Below are positions 38,595-48,655 of a stretch of DNA of 64,000 bases, piece after piece; positions within the stretch are counted from its first letter, which is position 1, and each line of letters opens with the position of its first letter. The DNA is taken from assembly GCA_965116925.1 (NCBI GenBank), contig OZ220744.1, positions 2,880,001 through 2,944,000 of the forward strand, given 5' to 3'. The notes under the pieces were generated by a model, which saw only the letters and a list, made by a program, of their open reading frames with translations, searched no databases and was not told the origin of the DNA. Position numbers and translations under genes: made by a program. The DNA is from Candidatus Poribacteria bacterium. GTDB taxonomy: Bacteria; Poribacteria; WGA-4E; PCPOR2b.

Positions 38595-41500
38595 AACTTG
38601 TCCAGGTTCCTGTTTTCTGATTGTATCGACACAAGCCCCGCTCCGTACCGAACCAGAGTTGGTCACCGTCCAACGCGATTGCTTCGACCCGATTATGGGA
38701 CAAGCCATCGTCTATATTAAAGACGCGCCAGTCGCCCGTGTTTCTATCCAGTTGTGTGACCCCCGCATCTGCCGAACCGAACCAGATCTCCTCACCGTTC
38801 AAGGCGATGCAGGTGACAACATCGCTTGCCAAACCGTCCGATCGCTTGTAGGTAACGAAATCCCCGGATTCGACGTTATACTTTGTCGCACCCTTATTCG
38901 TACCGAACCAGATATCTGCTTCATCAATAACGATGACGCTAGTGTCTGTCAGGTTGCTTTGAATTCCGATCTTATCAAGAACAGAGCTATCTGTGGTCAG
39001 GGCTTCCCATGTTTTTTGCTCTCTATCATATCGGCAGGTCCCTTTGTCCGTGCCAAACCACACCAACTTCTCGCCGACCGCAACGCAACGGACATCATCG
39101 CTCAAAAGTGTTTGTGCATATTTCTTATTATCACCCATGCCTTCGATTTCTAGCGCCTGTGTGTGCGACTCCCAAGCATTCGGATCATCAGATAGACGAT
39201 TGAAGGTTGCAACGCCACGATCTGTCGAGATCCATAAATCGTAGCCCCTTACGTCCAGATCTCGGATAGTATTGGAAGGCAAACCGTTTTCAACGGTATA
39301 TCTTTCCCAACGGTCTCCGGCTTTGTCGTAGCGCAGAATACCTTTGTTGGTGCCGAGCCAAGCATATTTTTCGTCAATCGCTAGGCAGTTGACACTTGGT
39401 GTATCATCCTCCTCAACTTCCATCCCTTTTAGACGGGGAGCAAACCAACGGTCTGTTCGTTTGTCATAACGATGTAAACCGTTGGTTGTCCCCAACCACA
39501 CATAACGTCCTTCGGCGGCAATTGCGTACACTTTTGACTCACGGAGCGTCCGTGTCAGTGGCGACCGGGTGAAAGTGGTCCATACCTCTTTCTTTAGGTC
39601 ATATCGGCTCAATCCCCCGGCTGTCCCCACCCAAGCATAGTTGTCATCTACCACTAGGGAATGCTCAATGAGGTCGTTGCTTGCCAGACCATTCTCCTCA
39701 CTGAAGAATGTCCAATCCTTTGCGGCTTTATTATACCGAGCCAGTCCCTGTCTGTCCGCCGTAAACCAGACAGCTTCGGTGCTCTCCACAACCTGCTTGG
39801 CGCGATCAAAATCAACCCCTTCTATCTGCGGGAGTTTCAATGTCGTCCACGAATCGGTCTTATTGTGGTACTTCGATGCAATGGCACCCTCTCCACTCCA
39901 CCCTGAGTAGGTAAGCCAAATGCCATCAAGCCCCCTGTCAAGCACGAAGTTCACGTCTGAGAGCACCCGCTGGTTTGAGAATATCTCCCACTCTTCGGTC
40001 CATCGATTATAACGGCTAGCATCTCCCCACCCCGTGACCCAGACATAATCGCCATCAATGAGTAGGTCATTTGTTTCGTTGTTTCCTAAACCGTGTGCTT
40101 CGGTGATACTACTCCACTGATCCGTCAATTTATCGTATCGCTTAATTCCTTCCCAAATCGTTGTCACCCAAACATATCGCGGATCGACTGCAATGGTTCC
40201 AATATTACTCCATTCTACACTTGGCACGATTTCATACGTTTTCCATGTATCCGTCTCAAGCGAATAACGGCTCACCACGCCGCCAATATGCGCCGTCCAG
40301 AGATATGGGGCATCAAGAACAACCGCCCAGACTTCGTTGTTTGGCAGACCGTCCGCCATTGTATAATGACGCCACGTATCCGTCGTTTTGTCGTAGCGTA
40401 ACAACCCGCTATTGGTGCCGACCCACACTTCATTTTCGCCCACGGTCAGACTGTGTATGCGTGTGATTGGTCTCTCAATGGATTTCAATGGAAGGTCTTC
40501 TTTGCTGAAGAAGCGGAATGTGTCTGTTTGTCTATTATACCTTACAATCGCGCCGTCTGTGGAATCCTTCCAGTTACCGAACCAGAGCCCATCCCCATCT
40601 TCCGTCAGCTTGCTGACCCAATTCGAGTGCAGCACTTCTGTCGTTGTTGCTGCAAGGTGTTTCGACCATTTCCCCGTCCTTTCGTCCAAACAACTGACGC
40701 CAGCAATCGTACCCACCCAAACCTTACCACCGTTTTTTGAAATGACCTTAACATTATCGGAGACGAGTCCCCCGTTGGTGTTCTCACGGGTGTAATGCGT
40801 CCATAAATCTGCTGCAGTATCGTACTTCGCCAATCCCAGCGGTGTGCCGATCCAGACACTATTATCATCAATGACAATCGCTCTAACGTTGGCGTGAAAC
40901 GTGAAAAGTGAAACGTGAGACGTGAGGAACGACCGATCTAACCGCGCTAAACCCGACTGTGTGCCTATCCAGATAGAGTTACCTCCTATTTCAAGGGTGT
41001 TAATTATCTTTGAAGGCAACCCATCTGTTTCGGTTAGTTTCCCTGATACATCAGCGATCCCATCATAGTAAATAAGCCCATCAGCAGTAGCAATCCAAAC
41101 AAAACTACCATCTAGTTTGATGTCATTAATACGACCAGAGATTTGCAGCTCAGAGGGATGTGTATTCCATCTTCGGTTTTGAGGTTCATAAGTTGAAAGT
41201 CCTGCCTTTGTTCCAATCCATAGACGTGAGACGTGATGCGTGAAACGTGATGCGTGATGCGACTGACTTGCGTATGGTGTATTGTTGTTCTTCCCGCCCT
41301 TCCCTTCTTCCGTTCCTTCCCCTTGTTCCTGTCCTTCGGTAGCTCTATTCGCTGGCTCCCATGCGATGCAGGTCACAAAGTCATCTGCTAATCCATCTTT
41401 CGTTCTAAAAAACGTCCACCTGTCCCCGTTTCCGCGTCGCACCCCTAAACCGTGTGGTGTCCCAACCCAGAGATCCGCTCCAACTTCCGCAACAGTGGTA

Positions 41501-42684
41501 ACGTAGTTGTCCGCTAAACCTTCTGCCTTACTTAATGTCCGCCAATTGAGTGCTGTCGAGTCCCCCACATTTTCGAGATCGATTGCTTGGTTCAATCCGG
41601 ATCGCGTTGCCACCCAAATCGACTCATCCGTCGCTAAAATATCCTTCACATCATTGTCACTCAACGCTTTAATTTCGTTGTAAGTTCTCCACGTTTCACC
41701 GCGCAAGTCATACCGTGCTAGCCCATGCTCATAAGTACCAAGCCAGACCACATTCCCATCTGCGGCAATTGCTGTGATATGATTGGAGGGCAATCCCGCT
41801 TCTGCTGTGTACTCTCGCCATGTATTAACAGATAAAATGTAGCGCTGTGCGCCGCTATCAGCAGTTCCTAACCATAGCGACGTTCCATCCACTGCCAGTG
41901 CGTTTATCTGATCGCTCGTCAACCGATCCCTTTTGGTATACGCCCTGACGAACTCTGAGTTCCGTTGGTCGTAGCGGCTGAGTCCCTTATTCTCCGTGCC
42001 GAACCAGACGGAGTCCTCATCAGCAGCAATCGCAGTCACACGGTTATCAATAAGTCCGCTGTCCTTGTCATAATTGTTCCATGAATCGGTGAGCTTGTCA
42101 TATCTGGAAACCCCATTCTCCGTGCCGACCCAAATATAATCATCATCAATCACGATCTGTGTAACAGAGTCACCTGCGAGCCCATCCTCCTCGCGCTTCC
42201 GCGCCCAACTATTCGTCTCTTTGTCGTAGCGGGAGAGTCCGTTTGGCGTACCAAACCAGATAAATCTCGAATCGACAGCAACGGAAGAGACCTCTCGCCC
42301 CGCCAAGCCATCCCGCGGCATGTAGCGCGTCCACGTACTTGTAGGGATCTCATAACGACTCACACCGTCGCGTGTGCCAATCCAGACCTGAAGATTGTCC
42401 AAAGCGATGGATAAAACGTGGTTGTGAGCCAAACCGTCGTTCACCGTGAAATTATCCCAGCGACCTTGCACTTTATCATACCGACTTAACCCCCGGTCGG
42501 TTCCGACCCACAAATAACGCGAATCGACAGCCAGGGATAGGACGCGGTCACTGAGGAGCTGGTTGGTTGCGTCCCTTTCCTCATCAAGGAAAAAATCAGG
42601 GGGCATCTGCTGTGGATCATGTGTGGAACAACTCGCTAAAGACAGGAGTATTATGAACCCCAAAATTATACGAATTTGACGCAT
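38581..42684 (-). CDS. Giant multi-beta-propeller lipoprotein, paralogue 2
   Basis: Lipobox LASC; same blade repeats over the whole length; no kinase or TM domain. Confidence 0.82.
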   Translation of the reverse strand: MRQIRIILGFIILLSLASCSTHDPQQMPPDFFLDEERDATNQLLSDRVLSLAVDSRYLWVGTDRGLSRYDKVQGRWDNFTVNDGLAHNHVLSIALDNLQVWIGTRDGVSRYEIPTSTWTRYMPRDGLAGREVSSVAVDSRFIWFGTPNGLSRYDKETNSWARKREEDGLAGDSVTQIVIDDDYIWVGTENGVSRYDKLTDSWNNYDKDSGLIDNRVTAIAADEDSVWFGTENKGLSRYDQRNSEFVRAYTKRDRLTSDQINALAVDGTSLWLGTADSGAQRYILSVNTWREYTAEAGLPSNHITAIAADGNVVWLGTYEHGLARYDLRGETWRTYNEIKALSDNDVKDILATDESIWVATRSGLNQAIDLENVGDSTALNWRTLSKAEGLADNYVTTVAEVGADLWVGTPHGLGVRRGNGDRWTFFRTKDGLADDFVTCIAWEPANRATEGQEQGEGTEEGKGGKNNNTPYASQSHHASRFTHHVSRLWIGTKAGLSTYEPQNRRWNTHPSELQISGRINDIKLDGSFVWIATADGLIYYDGIADVSGKLTETDGLPSKIINTLEIGGNSIWIGTQSGLARLDRSFLTSHVSLFTFHANVRAIVIDDNSVWIGTPLGLAKYDTAADLWTHYTRENTNGGLVSDNVKVISKNGGKVWVGTIAGVSCLDERTGKWSKHLAATTTEVLHSNWVSKLTEDGDGLWFGNWKDSTDGAIVRYNRQTDTFRFFSKEDLPLKSIERPITRIHSLTVGENEVWVGTNSGLLRYDKTTDTWRHYTMADGLPNNEVWAVVLDAPYLWTAHIGGVVSRYSLETDTWKTYEIVPSVEWSNIGTIAVDPRYVWVTTIWEGIKRYDKLTDQWSSITEAHGLGNNETNDLLIDGDYVWVTGWGDASRYNRWTEEWEIFSNQRVLSDVNFVLDRGLDGIWLTYSGWSGEGAIASKYHNKTDSWTTLKLPQIEGVDFDRAKQVVESTEAVWFTADRQGLARYNKAAKDWTFFSEENGLASNDLIEHSLVVDDNYAWVGTAGGLSRYDLKKEVWTTFTRSPLTRTLRESKVYAIAAEGRYVWLGTTNGLHRYDKRTDRWFAPRLKGMEVEEDDTPSVNCLAIDEKYAWLGTNKGILRYDKAGDRWERYTVENGLPSNTIRDLDVRGYDLWISTDRGVATFNRLSDDPNAWESHTQALEIEGMGDNKKYAQTLLSDDVRCVAVGEKLVWFGTDKGTCRYDREQKTWEALTTDSSVLDKIGIQSNLTDTSVIVIDEADIWFGTNKGATKYNVESGDFVTYKRSDGLASDVVTCIALNGEEIWFGSADAGVTQLDRNTGDWRVFNIDDGLSHNRVEAIALDGDQLWFGTERGLCRYNQKTGTWTSYAED

Positions 42685-42823
42685 TCTTGTGCCTTTCTTT
42701 AGGGAAAGGGTAAAAACAGAAAGTGAGATTGGTTTTGCTTACTTTCTCCCCTTCCCACTTTCTTGTCTTCCACTGCGGTGAATTTTTCCCGTTTTCTCGT
42801 CTTCTCATCCTCTTTTTTTAACG

Positions 42824-45800
42824 TCACCTTCGGTCTTCTTCCACATCGAAATGTGTGGTAAAGATTGTCCATGTATCCGTCATTGTATCATAACGACTCA
42901 GCCCGCGTTCCGTTCCTACCCAAAGGAAATCACCATCTACGGCAAGTACAAAGACCCGATTATGACTGAGCCCATCTTTTTGCGTAAAATGTTTCCACTC
43001 CGTTGTTGCCTTATTGTAGCGCGATACCCCAGCATCGAAACTGCCGAACCAGACGAAATCGCCGTTTGCAATGATACTAGTAATCTGATCGCTGGCTAAA
43101 CCGTCAGAGGATGTGAATACACTCCATTTTTCCGTCTTCGTGTTTAACCTGCTTACACCGCCTTCCGTGCCAAACCATACCCAGTCACCATCAATGCAGA
43201 TACTACTCACTTTGTTGTGGTGCAATCCCTCCTGCTTCGCGTAAGTCACCCAGACCTCCTTCTTCATGTCATAGCGACTGATACCTCTCTCTGTCCCCAC
43301 CCAGACGTAGCGATCTCCCACTGCTATACTGGTCACTCGATTATCTATGAGGCTATTGGCGTATTCTTGGGATAACAGCATTGTGTCCACATCGTCTGCC
43401 CGCCTAAAGGTTTCCCAAGCATTAGGATCGTCCGAGAGAGTATTGTATCTGCTCACCCCTTTATCCGTACCGACCCATAAGGTGCGTCCTTCCACATCGG
43501 CAACCTTAACAAATGCATCAGCCAAACCGTTTTCCGCTTCGTGCAAATCTGTCCAATGCGCCGATTTGTCAAACCGAGTAACACCTTGGGCGGTTGCTAT
43601 CCACAAGTATTTGTCGTCGGTAGCAAGCGCATTCACAGGCTCTTCTACAATACGTTTCTCCAACCATAAGTCATTCTGTTTATCGTACCGTCTTGCACCC
43701 TGATCTGTTCCACAATAAACATAACGCGAATCAACGGCGATTGCATGTACCACGTCAGCAGGTACAGAGCGCGTTCCCGTGTACACCGTCCAGCTATCTT
43801 TACGCATGTCATAACGACTGATACCGTCGGGACAGCCCAGCCAAAGGAAGTTCCCATCGGTTTTCAAAGTTGGATAGTTTATGCGATTATTCAGCAGCCC
43901 ATCCTCTTCCGTAAATACCGTCCAAGATGAAGCCGCCTTATCATATCGACTGATACCGTGCTCCCGGCTTCCGAACCACACGAATTCAGCCGTTTCTTGC
44001 ACATCTCTGAAATTGTTTCCTACACTCTCTGGATGGCCTCGGAAGACCTGCCAAGTCTGATTGAATCTGTGGAATCCGCTTGCGGGGACGCTGTCGTCTC
44101 CTTCCCACCAACTCTGGTTATACAACACCCACATATAGTCCACTCCAGAGATAACTTCCCGTATCCGGTCGGCAACTAACCCCTTGCTGGAATCAATGAT
44201 GACCCAGCTATCTGTATGCTCATCATATTTGCTCAAGCCTTCACCCCAACCGTAAGCCCACACATCATCGTTGTCCACGACAACATGACCGATGGTCGCG
44301 TCCAATAGACCATTCGCTGCAGTGTAACGTTTCCATGTTTCGTTCTGTTTGTCGTAACGCGCTACCCCCTCCATTTGCGCTGGAACCCAGACATAACGCT
44401 TGTCTGCCGCAAGCCGCGTACGGTATGATTCCATATCAGGAGAAATTTCCTTAAAGACCACTTGATGGGTTTCCCATTCGTCCGTATCTCGCTGATAACG
44501 ACAGATGCGATTATCCCTCAAGACCACCCATACGTCATTTCCATCAACCATCAATGTCGTTGTTTTACTCGCTGCCAGTCCATCTTTGACAGTGTAGTGT
44601 CGCCACGTATCCGAATTTTTATCATAAGCAAGCACACCCCCATCCGTGGCAAACCACACACTGTCATCAGTCACCTCCATCCAATCAATTTGAGTAATGA
44701 GAGGCAAGTTCCGCCAATTATTCCCCTTTTGATCATAGCGGAATTTGCCTCTCGGCGTCTCATCATTCGGGGTGAGTGGCTGTAAGGTATCTTCACCAAC
44801 TTGTTGCGAATCAACGCGGGAATGTGAGAGCAGGTTTGTTTTCTTGTTCGCTCGCTTCCTCGCTTCCTCGCTTCCTCGTCCCCTCGTTCTCTCGTTCTCT
44901 CGTTCTCTCCCTTTCAGCAAACCCCTTTGGCGGATTTTCGTCACATCTTCCTTCATATACTGTGTCCAGGTCCCTGTGCGTCTGTCATACCGAACGATTT
45001 CTCCGTTAGAGGTATTCTGCCATGCTAAAAACCACACCCAATCACCATCTATCTCTGTGCGTTGTATATCGCTGTGGCGCAGGACAACCGTCCGTTCCTT
45101 TGCGCGAATTGCTCGCCAAGAGTTATCCTCGGGAAAATAAACACCCAATCCGCCGATTGTCCCCAACCAGATTTTACCCCTTACCACGCAAATATCCCGT
45201 ACGTTTTCGTGTCCCATCTCTATCCCTGGTTGAGTTAGGTCAAATTGTCGCCATCTAGCCGATCCTGCCACTGAGGAAACCCATTCATTGCGAGAAAGTA
45301 CACCTAACCCACCCGGTGTACCGACCCAAAGCGCATCTTTGGTGATTGCAAGTGTCCTCACGTTGTCATTCGGCAGCCCATCCTCCGTTGTGAAATTATC
45401 CCATCTTTCCTCCCGCTTATCGAACATGAAGAGTCCACCCTGTGTCCCGACCCAGAGCATATCCCGCTCACTTGCAATGGTATTGACGTGATGCGTGATG
45501 TGCGATGTGTGAAACATGACACGTTGATCGGTGAGTTGGGCTAGCCCTCGATCGGTTCCGAGCCATAGGGAGTCATCGTCAACAACAATGGCATTTATCC
45601 ATATTCCTTTCAGGTCTTCAAAAGTACGCCATTTATCGTTCTCTTGATTGTATTGGCAAAGCCCGTTGCGTGTACCAACCCAGACCGCTTGATCGACCAC
45701 CGCCACATCAAGGACAAAATCGCTGGGAAGTCCGTGTTGATGGCGCCAGAATTTCCACCGATCGTTCTGGTATCGTCCCACCCCCTTTGACGTTCCCACC

Positions 45801-47089
45801 CAGATTGCATCATCACCAGTCACAACACGGGTGATATAATTGGTCGTCAATCCCTGCGCCTTGGTGTAGGTTTTCCACGCCCCGGATTGCAAGTCAAATC
45901 GACTGAGTCCCATCGCCGTGCCAATCCAAAGGGCACCGTCCCGCTCTGCAATCGATTTGATGTTATCGCTCACCAAGCCTTCCGCCTGTTTGACGACACT
46001 CCAAAGCCCATGAATCTTATCGAATCGTGCTATCCCATCTTCGTAAGTACCGAACCAGACATACTTACCATCAACTGCCATTGCTGTGATATTTGACGAT
46101 GGAAGCCCATCTTCTATTTTGTAGTGAACCCATGTATTAACCGGTTTAATGTATCTTTGAACACCTTCATTCGCCGTGCCGATCCAGACATACAGACCAT
46201 CAACCAAAATGTAATTGATCTTATCCGTTTCAAGCAGATCGGTGCGTGTGTAAGTTTTTACAAATGTTTGCTCTGTGTTGCTGTATAAACTCACACCGGC
46301 ATTTTCTGTGCCGAACCAGATGAAATCTTCATCAATAGCGATAGTTGTGACATTGTCGTCTGCCAACCCCTCGCTTTTGGTCAACTGTGTCCATGAATCG
46401 ATCTTCTTATCGTATCTGGATACCCCCTTGTCGGTCGCAAACCAGACATACTCGTCCTCGACAGCGATAGCAGAAATCTCATTGCTGGTCAGACCGCCAT
46501 CGTCGGTGGTGCGCAGTGCCCAAACATCAATTGCTTTATTATATCGGCTCAAGCCTTTATCCGTGCCAAACCAGATGTAGTTCCCATCCACACCGATAGA
46601 CATAACACGATTACTCGGCAGACCGTCATCGCGGGTGTAGGTCGTCCATTTATCAATTTTGGGGTGATATTTTGAAACGCCAGCTTCTGTGCCAAACCAG
46701 ACAGCAGCCCCATCTACCGCCACGCTAGAAACCTTGTTATTCGCCAACCCATCTTCGACGGTGTAGCTTATCCACAAACTTGCGTGTTTGATGAAGCGAT
46801 TGATCCCCTTGTCGGTTGCAACCCAGATGTGTTCGGCATCTGCCGCGATAGCATTGACCTGATCGCTTAAAAGCGCGGTTGCCTCCCAAGAAGTGGGCTG
46901 ATCTATCACTTCTGGCGTCTCGTCAGGAGCAGTAAAGGTACATCCGATAAAAGATAACAAAGCAACAACAATAAACCATCGACAGTCTAATGTCATTTTT
47001 TGCATATCAAGCACCTGAAGTTTCCAAATCTGTGCACGTTTTTCTTGCTCCAGAGCGGATCTTTTCGGCAACGTTTTTCTTGAATTCAT
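42824..47089 (-). CDS. Giant multi-beta-propeller lipoprotein, paralogue 1
   Basis: Lipobox FIGC; same blade repeats; start may be ATG 47005. Confidence 0.8.
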   Translation of the reverse strand: MNSRKTLPKRSALEQEKRAQIWKLQVLDMQKMTLDCRWFIVVALLSFIGCTFTAPDETPEVIDQPTSWEATALLSDQVNAIAADAEHIWVATDKGINRFIKHASLWISYTVEDGLANNKVSSVAVDGAAVWFGTEAGVSKYHPKIDKWTTYTRDDGLPSNRVMSIGVDGNYIWFGTDKGLSRYNKAIDVWALRTTDDGGLTSNEISAIAVEDEYVWFATDKGVSRYDKKIDSWTQLTKSEGLADDNVTTIAIDEDFIWFGTENAGVSLYSNTEQTFVKTYTRTDLLETDKINYILVDGLYVWIGTANEGVQRYIKPVNTWVHYKIEDGLPSSNITAMAVDGKYVWFGTYEDGIARFDKIHGLWSVVKQAEGLVSDNIKSIAERDGALWIGTAMGLSRFDLQSGAWKTYTKAQGLTTNYITRVVTGDDAIWVGTSKGVGRYQNDRWKFWRHQHGLPSDFVLDVAVVDQAVWVGTRNGLCQYNQENDKWRTFEDLKGIWINAIVVDDDSLWLGTDRGLAQLTDQRVMFHTSHITHHVNTIASERDMLWVGTQGGLFMFDKREERWDNFTTEDGLPNDNVRTLAITKDALWVGTPGGLGVLSRNEWVSSVAGSARWRQFDLTQPGIEMGHENVRDICVVRGKIWLGTIGGLGVYFPEDNSWRAIRAKERTVVLRHSDIQRTEIDGDWVWFLAWQNTSNGEIVRYDRRTGTWTQYMKEDVTKIRQRGLLKGRERENERTRGRGSEEARKRANKKTNLLSHSRVDSQQVGEDTLQPLTPNDETPRGKFRYDQKGNNWRNLPLITQIDWMEVTDDSVWFATDGGVLAYDKNSDTWRHYTVKDGLAASKTTTLMVDGNDVWVVLRDNRICRYQRDTDEWETHQVVFKEISPDMESYRTRLAADKRYVWVPAQMEGVARYDKQNETWKRYTAANGLLDATIGHVVVDNDDVWAYGWGEGLSKYDEHTDSWVIIDSSKGLVADRIREVISGVDYMWVLYNQSWWEGDDSVPASGFHRFNQTWQVFRGHPESVGNNFRDVQETAEFVWFGSREHGISRYDKAASSWTVFTEEDGLLNNRINYPTLKTDGNFLWLGCPDGISRYDMRKDSWTVYTGTRSVPADVVHAIAVDSRYVYCGTDQGARRYDKQNDLWLEKRIVEEPVNALATDDKYLWIATAQGVTRFDKSAHWTDLHEAENGLADAFVKVADVEGRTLWVGTDKGVSRYNTLSDDPNAWETFRRADDVDTMLLSQEYANSLIDNRVTSIAVGDRYVWVGTERGISRYDMKKEVWVTYAKQEGLHHNKVSSICIDGDWVWFGTEGGVSRLNTKTEKWSVFTSSDGLASDQITSIIANGDFVWFGSFDAGVSRYNKATTEWKHFTQKDGLSHNRVFVLAVDGDFLWVGTERGLSRYDTMTDTWTIFTTHFDVEEDRR

Positions 47090-47121
47090 GATAGAATGAT
47101 TTAATATTCATTAAAGTTGGA

Positions 47122-47150
47122 ATTATACCACAGGCAGATAAAGCCTTCAA
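47122..47150 (-). promoter_or_regulatory. Probable promoter of the propeller operon
   Basis: TTGAAG-N17-TATAAT with TG extension on the minus strand. Confidence 0.6.
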
Positions 47151-47330
47151 GCGGAGTAAAGTAACCTTTGTGGATTTCCATTAATGATTTACCGGATGAA
47201 ACTCCGAAGCAATCTGGTTTCTTCAGCATATTTTGGCAAACCAGAAATAATCATTACACCAGCTTCCATTCACAACCCACAAAACTGCAAACACCTAACT
47301 CAACAGGTTCACGTCAGAGGAAAATTCACA

Positions 47331-48611
47331 ATGATTCAAGTAGGATTTGGTCAACGTGTAATCACACCAGAAATCGGTGCAGAAATGCCCGGAAGTATTA
47401 ACAAGCGTTTTTCTCAAAATGTGCATGACGACCTCCTTGTAAATGCAATGGTAATAGACGACGGCGACACACAGCTTGTCCTAGCGGGGCTTGATGCACT
47501 ATCAATAAAACGCTCAACAACACTGAATGCACGGGGACAAATTGCAGATGCGACCGGTATTCCCGCTGATAATGTACTAATCGCGGCAAGTCACACCCAC
47601 AACGGCGGACCTATTGCAGATGTCTTCATGAGCGAATCGGATGCGGCTTACTGCGACTTCGTTGCTGCACAGATAGCACAAGCAGCAATTGAAGGATACG
47701 AGAAACGCGAGCCTGCAACACTAATTATTGGCGCAGGACATGAGGGGAGTGTTGCTTTCAATAGACGCTTTCGCATGAAAGATGGCTCGGAACGCACGCA
47801 TCCAGGGGTAGGCAACCCCGATATTGTTCAAGTCGCAGGACCTGTTGATCCAATGGTCGGGGTCATTGGCGCGATAAATCAATCGTGTAGATTTCTCGGC
47901 TGCTGGGTCAACTACTGTTGTCATGCCACACTGGGGGTCGGCGGAGGTGGGTTTTCTGCCGATTATATCTACTATCTGAGAAAAACCGTTCAGCAGGCGA
48001 TGAAAGCTGACCATGCAATCATCGTCTTCGGAAACGGGGCATCAGGCGATGTCACGCAAGTGGATAATCTCAGGGATCGAGGGAAGCAGTCCGGTGAATG
48101 CTGGGGTTGGCATATCGGCACAACGGTTGGTGCAGAGGTTATCAAGGTGTTAGCACGAATGGATTATACGGATGAGGTTACGTTGGCGTGCACAACTGAC
48201 ACGCTCGAACTTCCCTTACGAGACCTCGACGATGCATCGCTCAACCAAGCACAGTCTTGGGGAGATCAAGCGGTTTGGGCAAGGGAGCTTGAATTGCTCA
48301 AAGAAATCAAGGAAATCGAACCGAGCGTTACAGCTGAGGTACAAATGATGCAGATTGGAGCAGCGGGACTGATTGCTGTGCCCGCGGAATACTTCTGTCA
48401 GTATGGGTTAGATATTCAGGAGTGTTCTCCCTGCAATCCGACGTTTGTTGTCTCCCTCGCTAACGGCTGTGTCGGGTACGTCCCAACACCACAGGCATTT
48501 ATTGGTGGGGGCTATGAACCCCGAACTGCACGGTCTAGTAAGCTGCGTCCAGATGCCGGGGATCGAATTGCAGCGACAGCGGTTCGACTACTTCACGGTG
48601 CACATAGCTAA
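47331..48611 (+). CDS. Neutral/alkaline ceramidase-like hydrolase
   Basis: VHDDLLVNAMV, AASHTHNGG, VAFNRR, NYCCHAT, GASGDV, PAEYF, LANGCVGYVPT; GAGG SD before ATG 47331. Confidence 0.75.
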   Translation: MIQVGFGQRVITPEIGAEMPGSINKRFSQNVHDDLLVNAMVIDDGDTQLVLAGLDALSIKRSTTLNARGQIADATGIPADNVLIAASHTHNGGPIADVFMSESDAAYCDFVAAQIAQAAIEGYEKREPATLIIGAGHEGSVAFNRRFRMKDGSERTHPGVGNPDIVQVAGPVDPMVGVIGAINQSCRFLGCWVNYCCHATLGVGGGGFSADYIYYLRKTVQQAMKADHAIIVFGNGASGDVTQVDNLRDRGKQSGECWGWHIGTTVGAEVIKVLARMDYTDEVTLACTTDTLELPLRDLDDASLNQAQSWGDQAVWARELELLKEIKEIEPSVTAEVQMMQIGAAGLIAVPAEYFCQYGLDIQECSPCNPTFVVSLANGCVGYVPTPQAFIGGGYEPRTARSSKLRPDAGDRIAATAVRLLHGAHS

Positions 48612-48655
48612 ACACGAGGAAAAACACTCGTCAAGAAACACAGCTTTGTGCCTCG

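Noticed and set aside
34473..47089. Hybrid two-component sensor kinases or diversity-generating retroelement targets
   Set aside because: No kinase, receiver or TM domain; no reverse transcriptase or adenine-specific TR/VR pair seen
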